DNA of 64,000 nucleotides from Salibacteraceae bacterium (GTDB lineage: Bacteria > Bacteroidota > Bacteroidia > Flavobacteriales_G > Salibacteraceae): positions 26,148 through 90,147 of the forward strand of contig CBFIEM010000011.1 of assembly GCA_965661625.1 (NCBI GenBank), read 5' to 3'. Shown piece after piece: positions 58,506 to 64,000 of this stretch. The stretch's first letter is position 1, and each line of letters starts with the position of its first letter. The translations under genes and the position numbers were made by a program. The notes beneath the pieces are model-generated. The model ran no database searches, was not told the origin of the DNA, and was given only the letters and a program-made list of their open reading frames with translations.

Positions 58506-60386
58506 ATGGAGTTATCTGTTCTCGACATAGGCATCATTATCAGTTTTTTACTACTCTCTTTAGGAATCGGAATTTATTTCAAGAATAAAGCAAGTAATTC
58601 GCTCAGCGACTTCTTTCTTGGAGGGAGAAATCTACCCTGGTTTATTGCGGGCATAAGCATGGTCGCAACAACTTTTGCAGCAGATACGCCATTGGCAGTT
58701 TCAGAAATGGTTGGTGAGCAGGGAATTGCAAAGAACTGGCTTTGGTGGAGCTTTTTGACTGGAGGAATGTTAACCACATTTTTCTTCGCTAAATTATGGC
58801 GTAGAGCAGGTGTTCTGACTGAGTTAGAAATTATCGAGCTGCGTTACAGTGGCAAAGCGGGTAAATACTTGCGCATGTTTAAATCAGTATACCTTGGTGT
58901 TGTTATGAATGCAATGATTATTGCCTGGGTTAACCTCGCATTTAACACGTTACTGATTCAGTTTTTTAATATTGATCCTAATTGGGTATATGCTTTTACA
59001 GGCGCTACCATGTTGATTGCAGTTTCCTACACTTCACTATCTGGCCTTTTAGGAGTTGCAATAACGGATACAGTTCAGTTCATAATTGCTATGACAGGTA
59101 CTATTGTGCTCGCCATACTGGTATTAAATGCTCCCGAAATCGGCGGGATTTCAGGTATTAAGCGGGAACTTCCGGCAAGTACGCTCTCCTTCTTTCCGGC
59201 CTTAAATATGACTTCGTCGGGGACTGATATCGCCCAATTATTCTCGCTGAGCATTGGTGCCTTTCTAAGTTTTGTAGCTATCCAATGGTGGGCTAGCTGG
59301 TATCCTGGAGCAGAACCTGGAGGTGGGGGGTACATTGCTCAGCGTATGATGAGTTGTAAAACGGAACGAGGAGCGCTATCTGCTTCCCTATTTTTCCAAA
59401 TTGCGCATTATTGTATTCGACCATGGCCGTGGATCATAGTAGGACTTGCTGCAATCGTTCTTTATCACCCAGATCACGCACAACTTCCTGAAGCTGTAAA
59501 GCAAAGCATGGAACTCGTAACAGATGGCACTTATTCTTACGAAGAGGCTAAAGAATTTATTGTTGGTTATGGTTCCGACGAATCAATTACGAGATCTGTA
59601 GATTATTTCTATAATAAAAGGCTAGGTTATGTCTATGCTATGATGGACTATTTACCAAGTGGTTTGAGAGGACTTCTTCTTGTTGCATTTCTTGCAGCTT
59701 ATTTGAGTACCATTTCTACACAATTAAATTGGGGAGCATCATACATTGTAAATGACTTACTTCTCCCATTAAAAGCGATCAACGCTAATAACAATAAACA
59801 GCTAGTTAGTGCCAGCAGGTGGAGTACAATAGCACTTATGCTTATTGGACTTGCTGCCACAACACAAGTAACGAGCATATCCGGAGTTTGGGAGTTTGTT
59901 ATGCAATGTGGCGCTGGATTAGGTCTAGTGTTAATTTTGAGGTGGTACTGGTGGAGAATCAATGCATGGAGCGAGATTGCCGCTACTGTGGCCCCTTTTA
60001 TAGGTGTGGCCATCAATTATTACCTACTCATTCCCTACTTTGATTCTTGGTACGAAACTCAGCGCCTTGACTACATGTTTGTGGTTGCTTTTACAACTTT
60101 GGTTTGGGTTGCAGTAACCTTCCTTACCCCTCAAACCAAGAACGAAATACTTAATAAATTCTGCCAACGTATAAAACCTCGAGGTTTTTGGGGAAAGTAT
60201 GCCACACAACCAAAAGGTTCCATGAGGACTTCAATCATTGGATTTGTTTCCGCAGTAGCCTTTGCGCATAGTATATTATTTGCAATGGGATACCTTATTT
60301 TCGACGATAAAGTGGGACTGGCGACAACCAGTGCAGTAGCCCTAATCAGTGCACCTTTTCTATTTTATGCACTAAAAAGGGAATAA
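58506..60386 (+). CDS. sodium:solute symporter family transporter
   Basis: 626 aa and polytopic. 'FFLGGRNLPWFIAGISMVATTFAADTPL' is the SSS N-terminal signature region. Confidence 0.8.
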   Translation: MELSVLDIGIIISFLLLSLGIGIYFKNKASNSLSDFFLGGRNLPWFIAGISMVATTFAADTPLAVSEMVGEQGIAKNWLWWSFLTGGMLTTFFFAKLWRRAGVLTELEIIELRYSGKAGKYLRMFKSVYLGVVMNAMIIAWVNLAFNTLLIQFFNIDPNWVYAFTGATMLIAVSYTSLSGLLGVAITDTVQFIIAMTGTIVLAILVLNAPEIGGISGIKRELPASTLSFFPALNMTSSGTDIAQLFSLSIGAFLSFVAIQWWASWYPGAEPGGGGYIAQRMMSCKTERGALSASLFFQIAHYCIRPWPWIIVGLAAIVLYHPDHAQLPEAVKQSMELVTDGTYSYEEAKEFIVGYGSDESITRSVDYFYNKRLGYVYAMMDYLPSGLRGLLLVAFLAAYLSTISTQLNWGASYIVNDLLLPLKAINANNNKQLVSASRWSTIALMLIGLAATTQVTSISGVWEFVMQCGAGLGLVLILRWYWWRINAWSEIAATVAPFIGVAINYYLLIPYFDSWYETQRLDYMFVVAFTTLVWVAVTFLTPQTKNEILNKFCQRIKPRGFWGKYATQPKGSMRTSIIGFVSAVAFAHSILFAMGYLIFDDKVGLATTSAVALISAPFLFYALKRE

Positions 60387-60415
60387 AAAAAGCACGCTTG
60401 AATCAAGCGTGCTTT
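60385..60415. terminator. bidirectional rho-independent terminator
   Basis: A-run, stem AGCACGCTTG / CAAGCGTGCT with loop AAT, then TT. Confidence 0.75.
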
Positions 60416-60435
60416 ACAGTCTCACCAATTTAACC

Positions 60436-61029
60436 CTAATAAATCGCAGAGCTATTTCTGTAGCCACTATTGTTTTGAAACCAATCGGGAAAGCTTATTC
60501 CGTTGCTTGTCGCCCAATCATCAAAAAAGTTATACGCCGATGTGATTTCGATTTTTTCTTTCGGATAATCAAAACTTTCGGAAATATGTATGCCCCATGG
60601 CAAGTTTGAAGCTGTTTTGTAATATTTACCTGTACTTGGATTCGAATCATCAGCCTCAGTTCCAAATACCGTTAAATCTGCCAAATCAGTGGGTGAATAA
60701 TCAGGTAAATGAATTTCATTTCCCCGTATTCCATTTTTAACTAGAAACGGATTGAAATCATCAATGTTCAACTGCGTACTTGTTACTGAAGAAGGGTCAA
60801 ATGACAAGGTTACGGTCACGGTTACCGGAGATACATTTGCTCCTGCTGGGTCAGTGTTCACACCTATTCCAGATCCTGGATAGGGTAGAATATTATACGC
60901 ATCATCAAAAACGAAAAATACTGCATTTGTTTGTCCCTGCTCAAGTCCATTAGCGGCAATCGAAATATAAGCTTCTTGCAAATCAGAGCCTGAAACACCA
61001 CTTATGTTAGAAGGTGATACAGAAGGCAA
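60436..61029 (-). CDS. LruC domain protein, C-terminal part (downstream of in-frame TGA 61060-61062)
   Basis: The frame continues upstream (AGFHNGFGVE) to the TGA. 'FNPFLV', 'NEIHLPDY' and 'LPWGIHISESFDYPKEK' are LruC-domain strings as I remember them. Confidence 0.7.
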   Translation of the reverse strand: MPSVSPSNISGVSGSDLQEAYISIAANGLEQGQTNAVFFVFDDAYNILPYPGSGIGVNTDPAGANVSPVTVTVTLSFDPSSVTSTQLNIDDFNPFLVKNGIRGNEIHLPDYSPTDLADLTVFGTEADDSNPSTGKYYKTASNLPWGIHISESFDYPKEKIEITSAYNFFDDWATSNGISFPDWFQNNSGYRNSSAIY

Positions 61030-61059
61030 CTCTACTCCAAACCCGTTATGAAAACCAGC

Positions 61060-61791
61060 TCAAAAAGCACGCACAGTGAAAGAAGCAAACAATTCAACAA
61101 CATAATCACTTGCGTCAGTAACTGTTTGAAATGAATAATCCACTACTAAATCATTAAAATCATAGTCTCCTTGAGAAGGCCACAAATCTTCAAAAGCGAG
61201 CGTTGCCGTTCCAGATGCCGGAAAATAACTGTCAAATGCTCGTGTACCATCATTCGGATAATCATCATTTGCATCTGAAATCCCATCGCCATCTGTATCT
61301 GGAGCACAATTAAGAACAGCATTAAAATCTGCTACAGAAAATGTTACGATCAACTGAGAGTTACCTGCTTTTATCAAAAACTGTTGACTTTGAAGCGCTG
61401 ATATGGTGTAGTTAAGTTCGAATGAACCAGCCAACCCTGCACCCATTCCTGAGGTGCTAGATAGCCTGAATCCATTAAAAGGATCTCCACCTAAATTCCA
61501 CCCCATATCAACTCCGCCGTAATTAAACGACCCTACAATATTACTAACTGATATGTTACTATATGAAGATTGTGCGGCTTCGACAGAATAATGAGAAACA
61601 GACTTACATCCTGGTCCAGGACATCCATCGTGTTCCACCAGAACCTGTATTTCATAATTGTTATTTACGAGGGTAACATTGGTAAGGGTAGTTGTATAAC
61701 CTTGGCCATGGTTTTTAGTTATATCACATTGACTAAAAACAGTTCCTCCAAGAATAATTGACATTAAAATTGTCGTAATTAGATGTCTCAT
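61060..61791 (-). CDS. LruC domain protein, N-terminal part with signal peptide
   Basis: Signal peptide. 'DTDGDGISDANDDYPND' is calcium-binding-like. 'LAFEDLWPSQGDYDFNDLVVDY' marks the start of the LruC domain. Confidence 0.7.
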   Translation of the reverse strand: MRHLITTILMSIILGGTVFSQCDITKNHGQGYTTTLTNVTLVNNNYEIQVLVEHDGCPGPGCKSVSHYSVEAAQSSYSNISVSNIVGSFNYGGVDMGWNLGGDPFNGFRLSSTSGMGAGLAGSFELNYTISALQSQQFLIKAGNSQLIVTFSVADFNAVLNCAPDTDGDGISDANDDYPNDGTRAFDSYFPASGTATLAFEDLWPSQGDYDFNDLVVDYSFQTVTDASDYVVELFASFTVRAF

Positions 61792-61814
61792 CTGATTAAG
61801 TTTAGTGGTGTTAG

Positions 61815-62177
61815 TTATTGTTGGTCATGATGCGTAAAAACTCCTTGATCAGCTTGAATCGACATCCGTTGATTTCCCATTTCAAGAAATAGTGGACTTG
61901 ATGTTCCATCAACTTTCAATTTGCGTTGCTTTTCTTCTCCCCTTCTCAAGAAGAATTTTTCACGAACGCCACCATTCTGATCTAAAAGTTTAACTATTAC
62001 ATCGGTGTCTGAGGAGAGGTTCAGCTCTACCTCTTGGTAAGTACTCCAGTTGAATTCATCTGAAGGACTGATTTCTTCCATACTTAAATTGACTGGACCC
62101 GTGTTCTTGGGTTCTTCAGACTCTTTTGCGCAAGACAATAGGGATGCCGCTACGCACAATAGCATTAGGTTTTTCAT
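61815..62177 (-). CDS. small lipoprotein of unknown function
   Basis: Lipobox 'ASLLSCAK'. 120 aa. Lies directly upstream of the LruC gene on the same strand. Confidence 0.5.
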   Translation of the reverse strand: MKNLMLLCVAASLLSCAKESEEPKNTGPVNLSMEEISPSDEFNWSTYQEVELNLSSDTDVIVKLLDQNGGVREKFFLRRGEEKQRKLKVDGTSSPLFLEMGNQRMSIQADQGVFTHHDQQ

Positions 62178-62404
62178 GGGTTTGTTTTGGTAATTATAGA
62201 ATAAGCAAAAGTCAATCCCCGATTATTAAGCACTGACTGTCAATTGTTTAACGTTTAAATGGCAGTTGAATTATTCCCATTTTGAGACATTCTAGCTTCA
62301 AGGTGAAGCTTTGTTGGCAATGATAAACTAACCGTTCATACCAAATACGAACAATTCTTCGCTATTTTTCTTACTCTTGCAGAATAAATATCCAAAAAAG
62401 AATT

Positions 62405-64000
62405 ATGAAAAAAATCGTTTTGAGTGTTATTGCTTTTGCCTTTGCAATTACTCCTATCGTAAAAGCTAACGAAGGAATGTGGTTACCCATGTTTATCGAG
62501 CGTTTGAATTATGCGGATATGCAAAAGGAAGGCCTCCAGCTAACTCCTGAAGAAATTTACAGTGTAAATAATTCTTCACTAAAAGATGCCATCATCATGC
62601 TTAGCGGAGGTAGTTGTACAGCTGAAGTGATTAGTCGCGAAGGGCTAGCACTTACAAATCATCATTGTGCGTTTGGAGCTATACAACAAAACTCTTCTGT
62701 TGAGCATGACTACCTCTCAGATGGATTTTGGGCTAAAAAGAAGTCTGATGAATTACAGGCTGAAAACATGACAGCCAGCTTTTTGGTTCGCATGGAAGAT
62801 GTTACTGAGATCGTATTGGCGAAACTTTCTCCTGAAATGGATGAAATGACTCGTTACCAAGTAATTGCTCAAGTTTCAGATAGCCTTCAAAAAGCAGCTG
62901 TAGGTGAGTCACATTATAATGCTTCAGTAAAATCCTTTTTTGAAGGAAATGAATACTACCTATTCGTTTACGAAACGTTTAGAGATGTTCGCCTTGTTGG
63001 CGCCCCTCCTTCTTCTATTGGTAAATATGGTGGAGATACTGACAACTGGATGTGGCCGCGACATACTGGTGACTTTTCATTGTTACGTGTATATGCCGGG
63101 GCTGATGGAAAGCCTGCTGACTACAGCACAGAAAATGTTCCTTACAAGCCAAAACACCACCTCCCTGTTTCCATGAAAGGCGTGACAAAAGGAGATTATG
63201 CCATGATTATGGGCTACCCAGGTTCAACTGACCGTTATTTAACTTCATTTGGTGTTGACCAGGAACTTCAAATTCATCAACCTTCAGTTGTTCAAATCAG
63301 GACTGAACGCCTCGAGCTAATGAAAGAGGACATGGATTCGGATCCTGAAATACGAATAAAATACGCTTCGAAATATGCAGGAGTTTCCAATTACTGGAAG
63401 TATTTCATAGGACAGCAAGAGCAACTCAAGAACAATAAAGTTCTTGAACGAAAGCTAAAAGAGGAAGCTGCTTTCAAACAATGGATTGCCGGAAATAAAG
63501 AGGCAAAGGAGAAATATGGTGAGGCCCTCACTTTAATTGAAGAAGCATACGAGGAGCTCAATAAATATAATAAAGCTGAGACCTTCCTTATTGAGGCTGC
63601 ACTCACAGGTTCAGAAATCAGTTTGTTTGCCTTCAGGTTTGGCTCGTTAGAACAAACGCTAGCCAAAGAGGATGTGACGGATGAGGAGATAATGAAACTA
63701 GCAACAGGGTTTAAAGGACGTGTGGAAAGTCATTTTAAAGACTACAACATGGCTACTGACAAAAAAGTTACCACTGCTATGTTTCGTCAGTTTTCTGAAA
63801 ATGTAAAGCCTGAATTTCAACCAGAAGCATTCCGCAAAATGGTTGATAAAAATAAAGGTGATTTTAATAAAATGGTTGATCGGGTTTTCGATAAAACAAT
63901 TTTTGCTTCCGAAGCAACTTTAATGGAATTCTTGGAAGACCCTAAGTTAAAGACCTTAGAAAAAGACCCTGCATACCAGCTGGCGAAGTCTTTTATTACA
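62405..64000 (+). CDS. S46 family dipeptidyl-peptidase (DPP7/DPP11-like), 3' end outside window; not in the supplied ORF track
   Basis: Translated by hand from ATG 62405: 532 sense codons to the window edge. Signal peptide 'MKKIVLSVIAFAFAITPIVKANEGMWLP', catalytic His region 'LTNHHCAF', and 'VGAPPSSIGKYGGDTDNWMWPRHTGDFSLLRVYA'. Confidence 0.85.
   Translation, partial: MKKIVLSVIAFAFAITPIVKANEGMWLPMFIERLNYADMQKEGLQLTPEEIYSVNNSSLKDAIIMLSGGSCTAEVISREGLALTNHHCAFGAIQQNSSVEHDYLSDGFWAKKKSDELQAENMTASFLVRMEDVTEIVLAKLSPEMDEMTRYQVIAQVSDSLQKAAVGESHYNASVKSFFEGNEYYLFVYETFRDVRLVGAPPSSIGKYGGDTDNWMWPRHTGDFSLLRVYAGADGKPADYSTENVPYKPKHHLPVSMKGVTKGDYAMIMGYPGSTDRYLTSFGVDQELQIHQPSVVQIRTERLELMKEDMDSDPEIRIKYASKYAGVSNYWKYFIGQQEQLKNNKVLERKLKEEAAFKQWIAGNKEAKEKYGEALTLIEEAYEELNKYNKAETFLIEAALTGSEISLFAFRFGSLEQTLAKEDVTDEEIMKLATGFKGRVESHFKDYNMATDKKVTTAMFRQFSENVKPEFQPEAFRKMVDKNKGDFNKMVDRVFDKTIFASEATLMEFLEDPKLKTLEKDPAYQLAKSFIT

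Noticed and set aside
46568-61062. Selenocysteine at the two in-frame TGA codons (46568-46570 and 61060-61062)
   Set aside because: The host proteins (a PAS kinase and an LruC surface protein) are not known selenoprotein families. The expected residues are not Cys. I saw no convincing SECIS-like hairpin immediately downstream and no sel genes in the window.
62940-63666. Track ORFs 62940-63176 (+) and 63391-63666 (-)
   Set aside because: Both lie inside the S46 peptidase reading frame (62405-64000), which has clear family motifs. The short ORFs have none.
1-64000. Genome-wide stop-codon reassignment (TGA as Trp or Gly, or TAA as a sense codon) as an explanation for the in-frame stops
   Set aside because: Well-conserved genes of normal length end at TAA (for example the decarboxylase at 4523, rfbH at 39029 and the SulP gene at 10571) and at TGA (13855-15591, 54228-54911, 28235-28675). 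Both codons clearly function as terminators here.
1-64000. CRISPR arrays, IS elements or transposases, prophage genes, toxin-antitoxin pairs or known anti-phage defence genes
   Set aside because: No spaced direct-repeat array was seen. The only recombinase is XerD-like. No nuclease, ATPase or methyltransferase clusters of defence type appeared among the translated ORFs.

Overview
AT-rich chromosomal segment that looks like a Bacteroidota (Flavobacteriia-like, possibly marine) genome. Support: T9SS C-terminal sorting domains, GWxTD, LruC and DUF2911 proteins, a split transketolase, a TAnnTTTG-type promoter box and no obvious Shine-Dalgarno sequences. I count about 55 protein genes and one tRNA-Ser. 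I saw no IS element, prophage, CRISPR array or recognisable defence gene. Most content is housekeeping (dnaK, priA, arfB, panB, fabH, aroQ, xerD, tkt subunits, DEAD-box helicase, cold-shock protein), with four accessory modules. (1) A cysteine dioxygenase with eukaryote-type active-site residues sits next to a cysteine-sulfinate-decarboxylase-like PLP enzyme and a Na+ symporter, suggesting a hypotaurine/taurine route. (2) A CDP-3,6-dideoxyhexose surface-polysaccharide cluster has an Fe-S E1-type 3-dehydrase but no E3 reductase partner. (3) There are many PAS/hybrid histidine kinases, including a kinase-M28 peptidase-SixA operon. (4) Several secreted peptidases are present (C1, S46, M28). The most unusual signal is that six genes, all on the minus strand, are each interrupted by one in-frame stop codon (4 TAA, 2 TGA) inside a conserved domain or linker. 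A seventh gene is frameshifted in a T8 run. All recognisable housekeeping genes are intact. The supplied ORF track misses an open-ended S46 peptidase gene (62405-64000) and a 59-codon ORF (47806-47985). All functional calls rest on motif recognition by eye; no database search was run.
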